Of a DNA stretch of 39,559 nucleotides, positions 16,026 through 25,213 are shown one piece after another. The DNA is taken from positions 1-39,559 of the forward strand of contig JAHFSE010000012.1 in assembly GCA_023265895.1 (NCBI GenBank). Reading direction: 5' to 3'. The position numbers and the translations under genes are program-made. This DNA is from Gammaproteobacteria bacterium (GTDB lineage: Bacteria > Pseudomonadota > Gammaproteobacteria > Pseudomonadales > JAHFSE01). The notes under the pieces are model-generated. The model was not told the origin of the DNA. It saw only the letters and a list, made by a program, of their open reading frames with translations, and made no database searches. Position 1 is the first letter of the stretch, and each line of letters opens with the position of its first letter.

Positions 16026-18212
16026 TCAAAACACATTGAGCAATGCATCAAATACACTGCGGGAGATATTAATTAACTGTGCAGAAGCATTAAATGCCTG
16101 TTGGAAACGAACTAATTGAGAAGCTTCTTCATCTAAATTAACACCAGATTTTTGTTGATGATCTGATTGAGCACGTTGCAATAACGCTTCCGCAGAAGAT
16201 AAGCCAATATCAAATTGATGCGTTGATTGGCTAACAGAATTAGCCCACTGGTTATAACCCTCTAATAAAGAATCACCACTTGCATTAATAGAATAGGTTG
16301 CATTGAGATTGGCTAAATCAGAAGCATTACGATTATCTAGAAAACCATTCGTATTATAATTAATACTAAAGGCATCCCCAGCCAAGGGGGTTCCAGTAAT
16401 ACTCGCTTGATAACCGGTATATAAAGAACTGATAGGATCGGTAGAGAATAAATGAGCGCCAGAGGTATAAGTTAAGCCTCTAGCTGCTGGGACCAAATCC
16501 GCTGGCAAGTCAGGATTCGAATTATCTAAAATATCATAAACCAGCCTTACAATTGTGGGTGCTGGATCCGTTGTTGGCGCTGGACCTGTTGTTGGAGCTG
16601 AATCCGTTGTTGGCGCGGGACCTGTTGTTGGCGCAGGATCTTTTTGTATTGGATTCGGATCTGCTATTAGCCCTGTGGTTGGCGCTATGCCTGCCGATGT
16701 TTGGCCATCCACAGATGAAGACTTATTCGAAAGCAGATAAAATCTAATTAACAAAGGCGGCGATAAAGACTTATTTTGCATATCGAAATAATCTGTATCT
16801 GTACTTAAGACATTCACTTCGCTTATTTGAGCTGAACCTCGATTACCCAGTGCTGCGCTAGAAACAACAGGTTGAGATAATGCAATATTTCTTACATCGG
16901 TTATGGTAGGCGCAAGAAAATCAGCGCCTGATTTTAAGGGTGATAATTGAAATTGATCTCCTAAGCTTGGAATAGCAGAGGAAAAAGTTACTGTTAATCC
17001 ATCAAATTCAATACTAGAAGGTACTGCACTCAGCGCTCCATTGGCAACAACGGCATTATCTGATTGACGGATAATGTTATAACTCCCAGCAACTGTTTTT
17101 GAAAATTGAACCGAATAATCACTGGTATTTAAAGAGGAAATGTCAGATAAAGCCACATCAATTTCTGCACTTGCTGGCTGTTTATTATTAGTATTTGCCA
17201 TTACCCGTGTTCGCTGTGCGCTAGCGTTATTAATATCTTGAAAAAAAACACCGCCTAATGCATTGGTTAAAGTAAGACCTTTTTGATGTTGCTGATTAAT
17301 CGCATCGGCAATACCTAATGCTTCTTTATTTAACTGCAGACTAAAAGTATTTAAAATTTGATCCCGATATAATAATGTACCCCCTAAAGCACCACCTGAA
17401 ATATGTTGAGTCACAATGAATGACTGAGCACCATATTGCAATGCTAAATCAGTAGATTGAATATCAGTTGATTTTGCTTTCGTGAACAAACGATGCGCCT
17501 GACTACCTAATACTAAACTTTCACCGCCAGATAAATAAACATTCACACTACCATTGTCAGAAAGAGATGTCTTAACATCTAATAATTCAGATAAATTTAA
17601 TAACTGTTCATCGCGCTGATCTAATAAATCATTAGCAACTTGCCCTTTTTTTCCTAAACCTTGCAACTGAGCATTAATGCCAGATAAAACACTGGTAATA
17701 CTATTTACTTGATCGGTTAAATCGCTTATTTTTAGACTGGCTGATTTTTTTTGCAGAGTTAATTGATTATTGATAGAAGAAAAACTATTACTTAATGAAT
17801 TCGCTTCATTTAAAATATTTTGTCGTGCAGCACTTGATTTCGGATCGTTAATCGCATTTTGAAAAGCAGCAAGAAAATTTTGTAGCTGTATTGCAGGCCC
17901 AGCAGTGCCATCACCCAATAAAGCATCCATTTGCTTAAGATAATCATGAGCAACGGAAAGTTGATTTTTTTGACTGGTAGAATATCGCAATTGATTTGTT
18001 ATATATTGATCATACACACGTCTAATACCATCAGATAAAACACCTTGCCCCGCTCTGTTAACACCCATCGTTTGAGTATTTAATGAAGAAAAATTCACTT
18101 CCTGACGGGTATAATTTTTATCACTGGCATTGGCAATATTTTGCCCAATAGTGCTTAACGCCAATTGATTAGCAGATAATGCCGATGCACCAATTCTCAC
18201 TAAATCAATCAT
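16026..18212 (-). CDS. flgK: Hook-filament junction protein FlgK (HAP1), enlarged (728 aa) with an internal Pro/Thr-rich tandem repeat
   Basis: The N-terminus IGASALSANQLALSTIGQNIANASDKNYTRQEV and the C-terminus SGVNLDEEASQLVRFQQAFNASAQLINISRSVFDALLNV support the call. There is a 4-nt overlap with flgJ. Confidence 0.9.
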   Translation of the reverse strand: MIDLVRIGASALSANQLALSTIGQNIANASDKNYTRQEVNFSSLNTQTMGVNRAGQGVLSDGIRRVYDQYITNQLRYSTSQKNQLSVAHDYLKQMDALLGDGTAGPAIQLQNFLAAFQNAINDPKSSAARQNILNEANSLSNSFSSINNQLTLQKKSASLKISDLTDQVNSITSVLSGINAQLQGLGKKGQVANDLLDQRDEQLLNLSELLDVKTSLSDNGSVNVYLSGGESLVLGSQAHRLFTKAKSTDIQSTDLALQYGAQSFIVTQHISGGALGGTLLYRDQILNTFSLQLNKEALGIADAINQQHQKGLTLTNALGGVFFQDINNASAQRTRVMANTNNKQPASAEIDVALSDISSLNTSDYSVQFSKTVAGSYNIIRQSDNAVVANGALSAVPSSIEFDGLTVTFSSAIPSLGDQFQLSPLKSGADFLAPTITDVRNIALSQPVVSSAALGNRGSAQISEVNVLSTDTDYFDMQNKSLSPPLLIRFYLLSNKSSSVDGQTSAGIAPTTGLIADPNPIQKDPAPTTGPAPTTDSAPTTGPAPTTDPAPTIVRLVYDILDNSNPDLPADLVPAARGLTYTSGAHLFSTDPISSLYTGYQASITGTPLAGDAFSINYNTNGFLDNRNASDLANLNATYSINASGDSLLEGYNQWANSVSQSTHQFDIGLSSAEALLQRAQSDHQQKSGVNLDEEASQLVRFQQAFNASAQLINISRSVFDALLNVF
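16558..16640 (-). repeat. In-frame 18-bp tandem repeat (about 4.6 copies) inside flgK, encoding (P/S)APTT(G/D) units
   Basis: The plus-strand units are ggtgctggatccgttgtt (16558-16575), ggcgctggacctgttgtt (16576-16593), ggagctgaatccgttgtt (16594-16611), ggcgcgggacctgttgtt (16612-16629) and ggcgcaggatc (16630-16640). The encoded peptide is DPAPTTGPAPTTDSAPTTGPAPTTDPAPT. A degenerate copy (IAPTTG) lies near 16671-16694. Confidence 0.9.
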
Positions 18213-18604
18213 AAATCACTCTCTTTTCCCAAATTGAAGCTTTGATTGCTCATTGATTCAACCTCATGCCTCAATGCATTTTTTGGCGTCAACTGTTTTA
18301 CTAACATATCAGCTAAACCAATGCCTTGATGCCTACCTACTTCCACACTTAATTGTTGATCTAACATTTCTTGATAAAACTGTGTTTGTTGCGTACTTAA
18401 AAAATTATCCTTACTCAATGCTTCATTTGCTGAACGAATATTTTTTAGCATCATACCAACAAAAATACTCTCAAATTGCTGAGCGACTGCTTTAATTTGT
18501 GCAGGATTATGGCTAGCAGAATTTCTCTTTAGCTGTTCCAAACCTGAAAAATCCAAATAAGATTTAGCGTTATCTAATGAACGATTCTCACCGAGCACCA
18601 TCAT
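18209..18604 (-). CDS. flgJ: Single-domain FlgJ (rod-binding/rod-cap domain only, no muramidase domain)
   Basis: The 131-aa product carries the rod-binding motif VAQQFESIFVGMMLKNIRSAN ... FYQEMLDQQLS. The gene lies between flgI and flgK. The ORF ends before any glycosidase domain. Confidence 0.75.
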   Translation of the reverse strand: MMVLGENRSLDNAKSYLDFSGLEQLKRNSASHNPAQIKAVAQQFESIFVGMMLKNIRSANEALSKDNFLSTQQTQFYQEMLDQQLSVEVGRHQGIGLADMLVKQLTPKNALRHEVESMSNQSFNLGKESDL

Positions 18605-18615
18605 AACTTTCCCCT

Positions 18616-19746
18616 TTAAATCACTAACAATTCAGCTTTTAAAGCGCCGGCTTGTTTTAACGCTTCCAAAATAGCAACTAAATCTCCTGGCGCAGCACCC
18701 ACTTGATTGACAGCGCGAACAAGATCACCCAGGCTAACACCAGGATTAAATAAAAACATACGCTGATCTTCTTTTTCTATCGTCACACTTGAACTGGGTG
18801 TTACAACAGTAGAACCTTTAGACAAGGGTGTTGGCTGACTGACTTGAGCAGCTTCTGAAATAGTGACAGATAAATTTCCATGACTGACAGCTGCCGCTGA
18901 TAATCTCACATTTTTCCCAATGACAACGGTACCCGTTCGCGCATTAACAACGACTTTAGCAACGCCTTCACCCGGCTGTATCTCTAAATTTTCTAATTGA
19001 GAAATAAATAATACTTTTTCTGCAGATTCTGTCGGCGCAATGACTTTTACTGAAGTTGCATCTAACGCTTGCGCTATTTTTGACCCTAATAATTTATTCA
19101 CTGCAATACTGACTCGCTCAGCAGTCGTAAAATCAGGTTGATTTAAATTAAAAATAATAACCGGATCACTGGCAAACGAATTAGCAACCGATTTTTCTAT
19201 CGTTGCACCATTTGGAATGCGGCCAACACTTTGCAAATTAACCGAGATTTTTGAACCATCTTTTCCTTCAGCACCAAAACCACCCACCACTAAATTACCC
19301 TGAGCAATAGCATATACGTGACCATCTGCACCTTTTAAGGGTGTCATTAATAAGGTGCCTCCACGTAAACTTTTTGCATTTCCAATGGATGAAACTGTCA
19401 CATCAATCGACTGTCCAGGCTTTGCAAAGGCGGGCAATTCTGCTGATATAGAAACAGCAGCGACATTTTTTAAGGTAGGATTCATGCCTTCCGGTAAAAT
19501 AATGCCGAATTGCACCATCATATTTTTAAAAGTTTGTACGGTAAATGGTGTTTGATTGGTTTGATCTCCAGTACCATCCAAACCCACGATTAAACCATAA
19601 CCCACCAATTGATTTGCTCTAATACCCTGAATAGTCGCTAAATCCTTTAATCGCTCAGCGTGCGCTAGAGTAGCTAACAAACCAATGATTAAGGCAAATA
19701 CCCAGCGTTTAGCATTAGTATAACGGGTATCAAAATATCGACTCAT
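18616..19746 (-). CDS. flgI: Flagellar P-ring protein FlgI
   Basis: A signal peptide is followed by [38 protein letters not shown]. The C-terminus is [36 protein letters not shown]. Confidence 0.95.
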   Translation of the reverse strand: MSRYFDTRYTNAKRWVFALIIGLLATLAHAERLKDLATIQGIRANQLVGYGLIVGLDGTGDQTNQTPFTVQTFKNMMVQFGIILPEGMNPTLKNVAAVSISAELPAFAKPGQSIDVTVSSIGNAKSLRGGTLLMTPLKGADGHVYAIAQGNLVVGGFGAEGKDGSKISVNLQSVGRIPNGATIEKSVANSFASDPVIIFNLNQPDFTTAERVSIAVNKLLGSKIAQALDATSVKVIAPTESAEKVLFISQLENLEIQPGEGVAKVVVNARTGTVVIGKNVRLSAAAVSHGNLSVTISEAAQVSQPTPLSKGSTVVTPSSSVTIEKEDQRMFLFNPGVSLGDLVRAVNQVGAAPGDLVAILEALKQAGALKAELLVI

Positions 19747-19761
19747 ATCATAGACTTCCCA

Positions 19762-20436
19762 TTAAAATGGCCAAAGTGGGCTGTTAAATAATCGTGTTAA
19801 CCAACCCACATGATTGGATTCAGCAAACTCTCCAGTACCAGAATAAGTAATTTTGGCATCACCAATCTTACTAGAGCGAACACTGTTATCAGGGTTTATA
19901 TCGGCAGGTCTAACCAATCCTGTAATCCGAATAAACTCCTCTCCTCTGGTTAATGTAATCCGTTTTTCGCCACGAATAACTAGTGTGCCATTCGGCAGCA
20001 CATCAGAAACTGTCACGGTAATTAAACCTTCCAATCGATTGCTTTGATTGGCTTGAGCATCGCCTTTAAATGCTCTTTGACTATCAATGCTGGTCGCTAA
20101 TTTTTTACTTGCACCTAAAATACTGGGAGAGGGAAGATCGATAGAGCTATTTTTATTAATATCTGTTTTTGCTGTTTTGCTGGAACTGGTACTTTCCTGT
20201 AAAACAACTGTCAGCAAATCACCTATTCGTCGCGCTCGCTGATCCTCCCATAATGGCGTTGAAAAACCATCATGATAAATAGCACCATCAACAATCACCT
20301 TAGGTGCCACAGGAATAATTGCGGTCACAGGTGCAGCTACAATTTTAGGTTTTTTCTTATAAAACCAACTCAAACTACTACAACTGGTTAATAAACTGAT
20401 GAGTAGATAACCCAATAATAATTTTCTATATTTCAT
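19762..20436 (-). CDS. flgH: Flagellar L-ring lipoprotein FlgH
   Basis: The lipoprotein signal is MKYRKLLLGYLLISLLTSC. Conserved segments are RARRIGDLLTVVLQES, ITVTVSDVLPNGTLVIRGEK and IRITGLVRPADI. ATG 20436 is preferred to the track start at 20451. Confidence 0.9.
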   Translation of the reverse strand: MKYRKLLLGYLLISLLTSCSSLSWFYKKKPKIVAAPVTAIIPVAPKVIVDGAIYHDGFSTPLWEDQRARRIGDLLTVVLQESTSSSKTAKTDINKNSSIDLPSPSILGASKKLATSIDSQRAFKGDAQANQSNRLEGLITVTVSDVLPNGTLVIRGEKRITLTRGEEFIRITGLVRPADINPDNSVRSSKIGDAKITYSGTGEFAESNHVGWLTRLFNSPLWPF

Positions 20437-20459
20437 AAAGTATCCAATCATATGATCTG

Positions 20460-21242
20460 TTAGTTATTTTGCACCGTGTACTGCAACATTTGATCTACAG
20501 TAGAAATTACCTTTGAATTCATTTCATAGGCACGCTGAGTCGCAATCATATTGACCAGCTCCTCTACCACATTCACATTTGAATTTTCTATTGAACCTTG
20601 AATCACATTACCCATACCATTTACCGTTGCTGTGCCAATAATAGCATCACCACTGGCGGTAGTTGCTTTAAATAAGTTGTCACCTTGCGCTTCTAAACCT
20701 GCTGGATTAGAAAAATCAGCTAATTGTAATTGGCCAACTTGGGTCGTTGCACCATTCGCATCTGTGGTAGAAACGGTACCGTCAGTGCCAATGGTAATAT
20801 GCGCGACATTGCTTGCGATGCTAATCACGGGTTGAATCACTAAACCACCCGAAGTCACCAACTGTCCTGAAGCATCCATCTGTAATTGACCATCTCGAGT
20901 ATATCCAATATTTCCATCGGGCATTTGTACCTGTAAAAATCCACGTCCATTAATAGCAAGATCTAAAGGTTGATCGGTCACTTGCAAATTACCGGTAGAA
21001 AAAACCTTTTGGGTTGCAACCATTCTTACACCCGTCCCTTGCTGAACGCCGGAAGGAAGCACAGTGTTTTGCGAAGATTGACCACCCGGCTGTCGACTAA
21101 TTTGGTAAAATAAATCTTGAAAAACAGGTCTATCTTTTTTAAATCCCGTAGTAGAAACGTTCGCTAAATTATTAGAGATAATCCCTAATTTAGTATCCTG
21201 CGCGCTTAATCCAGTTTTACTAATCCACAATGCAGATTCCAT
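20460..21242 (-). CDS. flgG: Distal rod protein FlgG
   Basis: ALWISKTGLSAQDTKLGIISNNLANVSTTGFKKDRPVFQDL ... NSNVNVVEELVNMIATQRAYEMNSKVI. Confidence 0.95.
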   Translation of the reverse strand: MESALWISKTGLSAQDTKLGIISNNLANVSTTGFKKDRPVFQDLFYQISRQPGGQSSQNTVLPSGVQQGTGVRMVATQKVFSTGNLQVTDQPLDLAINGRGFLQVQMPDGNIGYTRDGQLQMDASGQLVTSGGLVIQPVISIASNVAHITIGTDGTVSTTDANGATTQVGQLQLADFSNPAGLEAQGDNLFKATTASGDAIIGTATVNGMGNVIQGSIENSNVNVVEELVNMIATQRAYEMNSKVISTVDQMLQYTVQNN

Positions 21243-21266
21243 AACGACACCTCTTAATCAAAAAAT

Positions 21267-22007
21267 TTAACTGAGTCTCAATAACCGATTGGATGCTTCA
21301 TCCAAATCTGCAGCCTGCGTAATTTCTTTCATTTGCATTTCAAATTGTCTCGATAAATTCACGATGGATAATAAAGATTCTATTGCATTGACATTACTGC
21401 CTTCTAAAGCACCGGCTGTTACTCGAATATTAGGATCTAAAGAAAGCGTATTATTATTTTTAGGCCTAAATAAACCATCAGCACCTTTAACCAAATCACC
21501 CGTCTCATCATTCACTAATTTCAATCGATCTACTTGAACGAGCGCATTAGGGTTTGCACCCAAAGGTCTTACAGAAATTTGACCATCAACAGCAAACTCT
21601 ATTTTTTGATGAGCGGGCAAAACAATGGGCCCAGCGCTACCCATAATTTGATAACCTGTTTGGGTTTTTAATGCACCACTGTCCTCTACAGACCAATTAC
21701 CGGATCGGGTATAGGCTTCTTGACCGGAAGAATCCAATACAGAAAACCAACCGTCACCATTAATAGAAACATCTAAATCTCGATCGGTTGCTGAAACAAC
21801 GCCAGGAGAAAAAACAGATCCAGCTGCATCACTACTTACTAATGCACGAGAATGATATTGACCGCCCTTGAGCATAGCGGCAGTTGCATTGGCATAATCC
21901 GCACGAAATCCTGGTGTATCTACATTGGCCAAATTATTCGCATAAATTGCTTGCGCTAACATACTTTGATGAGCACCAGACATAGCGGTATAAATGAGTT
22001 TATCCAT
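21267..22007 (-). CDS. flgF: Proximal rod protein FlgF
   Basis: MDKLIYTAMSGAHQSMLAQAIYANNLANVDTPGFRAD ... GSNVNAIESLLSIVNLSRQFEMQMK. The gene lies between flgE and flgG. Confidence 0.9.
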   Translation of the reverse strand: MDKLIYTAMSGAHQSMLAQAIYANNLANVDTPGFRADYANATAAMLKGGQYHSRALVSSDAAGSVFSPGVVSATDRDLDVSINGDGWFSVLDSSGQEAYTRSGNWSVEDSGALKTQTGYQIMGSAGPIVLPAHQKIEFAVDGQISVRPLGANPNALVQVDRLKLVNDETGDLVKGADGLFRPKNNNTLSLDPNIRVTAGALEGSNVNAIESLLSIVNLSRQFEMQMKEITQAADLDEASNRLLRLS

Positions 22008-22022
22008 AAAATTTAACTTCTA

Positions 22023-23339
22023 TTAATGTGCATTAATAATAGCTTGAGCAACTTCATCTTCAGCTTGAATCGTCTTTGCATTTGCTTGGAAATTTCTTTG
22101 CGCCACAATCAATGAAATTAACTCATTAGAAAGATCCACGTTAGAAGACTCTAATGAACCACTGTGTAACGCACCCATTCCTTCAGAATTAGCAACACCC
22201 ACAATAGCATCGCCCGATTCAAGCGTACTGATCCAAGCAGTATTACCAACCGATCTCAAACCTTGTTCATTGCTAAATTTAGCTAAAGCTAATTGACCCA
22301 ATACTCTAGACTGCCCATTACTATATTGGCCTGAAATGATACCATCTTGTGAAACTTCTAAATTTTGTAATTGACCTGATGGAAAACCATTTTGCTGGTT
22401 ATTGACGATAGAAAAATCACTCGCTGTCTGAGTTAATTTACTTAGATCTATTGAGAAATTTGAATGAGCAAATGGCTCAACATTGGGAAAATTCTCCCCA
22501 GGAGATCCCTTTAATGCGCCATTATCTTTACCCGTAGCATCGACTGGATTCCAATAGCTAATCTGCGCCAAATCAGAATTTTTAGTATCAATCGTTCCAT
22601 CTGAATTAAATAAAATATTATAGGATGCTAGGGTGGGTAAACCTGCCTTAGCAACAGGATCACCAACATCTAAACCATCTACTTTTGCATATAATTTCCA
22701 TTGATTTGCTGTCGATGTTTTAGAAAAATAAGAAACTAAACTATGTGAATTACCCAAAGAATCTAAAATATTAGTTGAAGCAGAATAATTATAGCTATTA
22801 GGATTTTCCGCATCAAAACTACTCACATCGGGAGGCGTGATACTACTGGAGTCTAAATTAGCAGCTAATATAATTTCCGTTGTTTGCCTCGGCTGCAAGG
22901 CGGATTGATGAAGCGTTAAATCAGAAATATTAGTAGAAAGTACGCCAGCATTACTTGCAGAATAGCCCTGAATTTTTGCACCAGAATTGGCCACTAAAGC
23001 ACTGGAACTATCTAAACCAAAGATCCCTGCTCTGGTATATTGTGTTTTACCGCCATCATCTAAAATAAAAAATCCTTTTCCATCGATCGTTAAATCTAAA
23101 TTATTTCCAGTAGCTGAAATATTTCCTTGGGTAAATAATTGATTCACCTTATCTGTTTTAACACCACTACCAACGTTATTTAATAATGCTTCACCATTTA
23201 AACTGGATTGATAAATATCTGAAAATTCTGCTCTAGAACTTTTAAATCCTATTGTATTTGCATTAGCAATATTATTTCCTACTACATTTAAATCTTTATT
23301 TGCAGCAGATAATCCAGAAATCGCAGTGTTAAAAGGCAT
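22023..23339 (-). CDS. flgE: Flagellar hook protein FlgE
   Basis: MPFNTAISGLSAANKDLNVVGNNIANANTIGFKSSRAEFSD ... SSNVDLSNELISLIVAQRNFQANAKTI. Confidence 0.9.
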   Translation of the reverse strand: MPFNTAISGLSAANKDLNVVGNNIANANTIGFKSSRAEFSDIYQSSLNGEALLNNVGSGVKTDKVNQLFTQGNISATGNNLDLTIDGKGFFILDDGGKTQYTRAGIFGLDSSSALVANSGAKIQGYSASNAGVLSTNISDLTLHQSALQPRQTTEIILAANLDSSSITPPDVSSFDAENPNSYNYSASTNILDSLGNSHSLVSYFSKTSTANQWKLYAKVDGLDVGDPVAKAGLPTLASYNILFNSDGTIDTKNSDLAQISYWNPVDATGKDNGALKGSPGENFPNVEPFAHSNFSIDLSKLTQTASDFSIVNNQQNGFPSGQLQNLEVSQDGIISGQYSNGQSRVLGQLALAKFSNEQGLRSVGNTAWISTLESGDAIVGVANSEGMGALHSGSLESSNVDLSNELISLIVAQRNFQANAKTIQAEDEVAQAIINAH

Positions 23340-23362
23340 AATATGCTCCTAGACTAACATTG

Positions 23363-24043
23363 TTAATTAATTTGCTTAATCTGATCCAGATTAACTGCAC
23401 CATAACCAGCTAAATTCAAAATGACACTAGAATTTTGACCCACAGTCACGCTATTCACATTGGTATTAATGGATGTATTTAATCTATTTGATTGACCATC
23501 ATCATGAGACTGAGATAATAATCCATAATTTCCAGTAGAAACTGGATTTCCATTATTATCTAAACCATCCCAACTGAAAGGAATATTTCCGGCATTGGCA
23601 GAGCCCAGAGTGATATCTCTTATTACTTCACCATATTTATTGACAATACTGATCTGCACATTGGCGCTTGTATTGGGCAATTCAACGCTGCCAGAAATAG
23701 GTGATCCACCATAATTCATCACATCGCTAGCAACTTGCACACTTCGACCTACTAATGCAGTAGCTTGTAAAACTTGCCCTGATTTAAAACTACTTTCAAT
23801 CCCACTAATACTGGTATTTAAACGTTCAATTCCATCCACTGAGCTAAATTGTGCTAATTGAGATAAAAACTCTCCGCCATTTTGTGGATCTAACGGATTT
23901 TGATTTTTTAGCTGTGCAACCATCAGTTCTAAAAATTGATTTTTTTGTGTTTGAGTTGTTGATTGCGATAATTTACTATCAATTGATAATTGACCGTCTA
24001 AAATTTTATTAGCGCCAACTGAATTTATAATGCTCATATTCAT
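23363..24043 (-). CDS. flgD: Hook capping/assembly protein FlgD
   Basis: FLELMVAQLKNQNPLDPQNGGEFLSQLAQFSSVDGIERL is the FlgD N-terminal signature. A C-terminal FlgD Ig-like region is present (FSWDGLDNNGNPVSTGNY). Confidence 0.85.
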   Translation of the reverse strand: MNMSIINSVGANKILDGQLSIDSKLSQSTTQTQKNQFLELMVAQLKNQNPLDPQNGGEFLSQLAQFSSVDGIERLNTSISGIESSFKSGQVLQATALVGRSVQVASDVMNYGGSPISGSVELPNTSANVQISIVNKYGEVIRDITLGSANAGNIPFSWDGLDNNGNPVSTGNYGLLSQSHDDGQSNRLNTSINTNVNSVTVGQNSSVILNLAGYGAVNLDQIKQIN

Positions 24044-24072
24044 TTCCTTTCTTCAACAATAAAACAATCCTA

Positions 24073-24495
24073 TTACTCACCTAACGCTAACATTCTTTGC
24101 ATTAAAGTTTTTGCCGTATCAAATACGTCAATATTGCTCTGCATGGATCTAGAAGCAGAAAGCATATCCGTCATTTGCTCAACTACACTGATGTTTGGAT
24201 AACTGACATAACCATTTTTATCAGCAAATGGATGATTAGGCTCGTAACGCAATAGAGGTGGATCTTTACTGTCAACAACATCTAAAACTTGCACGCCATT
24301 AGACGCATGAATGGAACCATCTAATGCGATTTTCTTTTGAATAGCAGAAAATAAAGGTAATTTTGCTTTGTAAGTATCTTCTGCGGTACGACCAACGGAT
24401 TCTGCATTTGCAATGTTACTACTGATTGCATTTAAACGAATAGATTGCGCTGTCATTCCAGATCCAGCGATATCAAAAATACTGGCTAAAGACAT
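24073..24495 (-). CDS. flgC: Proximal rod protein FlgC
   Basis: MSLASIFDIAGSGMTAQSIRLNAISSNIANAES ... VSYPNISVVEQMTDMLSASRSMQSNIDV. ATG 24495 gives the conserved N-terminus. Confidence 0.95.
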   Translation of the reverse strand: MSLASIFDIAGSGMTAQSIRLNAISSNIANAESVGRTAEDTYKAKLPLFSAIQKKIALDGSIHASNGVQVLDVVDSKDPPLLRYEPNHPFADKNGYVSYPNISVVEQMTDMLSASRSMQSNIDVFDTAKTLMQRMLALGE

Positions 24496-24522
24496 AAATA
24501 CTCCCAATAATTTATTTTAAAA

Positions 24523-24918
24523 TTAATCACTTCTAAATGCGCTTCGTAGCGTTTTAATTTCTCCATTTAAAAAAGTATAAGAAGCTAACCATCTCATACT
24601 ATTCGCTGCAAATTCGGATTTTTCCTGATTAATATCGACCGTATTATCATCCGCCGAAGCCTGTTGAACCATTCTATATTTTACTGCACCAGAAAATTCA
24701 TAATCCATCGAGCTAGATAAATGATTTGGCCTATCTGTACGTAACTGATCAGCGGATGTATCCGTATAATTTTTTAAAATTTGTTTAAAGTCCAAATCTT
24801 TTGCACGATATCCGGGTGTATCAACATTGACAATATTATTGGCAATTAAAGCTGCTCTTTGCGAACTCACCAATAACGCTTGCTCGTGAATACCAAAAAG
24901 TGAATTTAAATCTGACAT
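24523..24918 (-). CDS. flgB: Proximal rod protein FlgB
   Basis: MSDLNSLFGIHEQALLVSSQRAALIANNIVNVDTPGYRAKDLDF. The track start at 24936 is a TTG, so ATG 24918 is preferred. Confidence 0.9.
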   Translation of the reverse strand: MSDLNSLFGIHEQALLVSSQRAALIANNIVNVDTPGYRAKDLDFKQILKNYTDTSADQLRTDRPNHLSSSMDYEFSGAVKYRMVQQASADDNTVDINQEKSEFAANSMRWLASYTFLNGEIKTLRSAFRSD

Positions 24919-25010
24919 AGAATCATCATGTTCCAAATGTGTAATATCCCTCTATAAGTCATCGATGAAGCTTATTAAAGGGATTGTTATGGCTTCGCTC
25001 CTATAGTGCT

Positions 25011-25026
25011 AGCAATCACAATGCCA
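25011..25026 (-). promoter_or_regulatory. Sigma54 (RpoN)-type -24/-12 promoter facing flgB
   Basis: The minus strand reads TGGCAT-TGTGA-TTGCT, which fits TGGCAC-N5-TTGCW with GG and GC correctly spaced. It lies about 95 nt upstream of the flgB ATG. Confidence 0.45.
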
Positions 25027-25158
25027 AATTATTTTTTATTCTAAAATCAATGAGTTAGCCAACAACCTTACGGCAAATGATGCGGCAATGAAGTGGCAAC
25101 AGCGGCAAAAAATTGCAGGCAAGGCTGGTTAAACAGCCTAATTTTGGAATTTTTAGAG

Positions 25159-25174
25159 CGGAACATTATTTGCT
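25159..25174 (+). promoter_or_regulatory. Weaker sigma54-like -24/-12 element facing flgA
   Basis: The plus strand reads CGGAAC-ATTAT-TTGCT. GG and GC are correctly spaced, the -12 element is perfect, and the -24 element has 2 mismatches. It lies 40 nt upstream of the flgA ATG. A competing candidate is CGGCAA-TGAAG-TGGCA at 25083-25098. Confidence 0.3.
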
Positions 25175-25213
25175 TTAAAAAATATCTATCATTCATTAAG
25201 GAATAAAAAATTC

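Noticed and set aside
16553-16747. Two overlapping plus-strand ORFs (64 aa and 61 aa) with repetitive LLLA / GAGPVVGA sequence. The repeat could also be mistaken for a mini CRISPR-like array.
   Set aside because: They are antisense readings of the 18-bp tandem repeat inside flgK. The units are contiguous with no spacers and sit inside a well-supported CDS, so this is neither a CRISPR array nor separate genes.
25122-25139. The inverted repeat AGGCTGgttaaaCAGCCT as a rho-independent terminator.
   Set aside because: No T-tract follows on either strand, and it lies between two divergent promoters where no transcript should end. An operator or enhancer site is more plausible.
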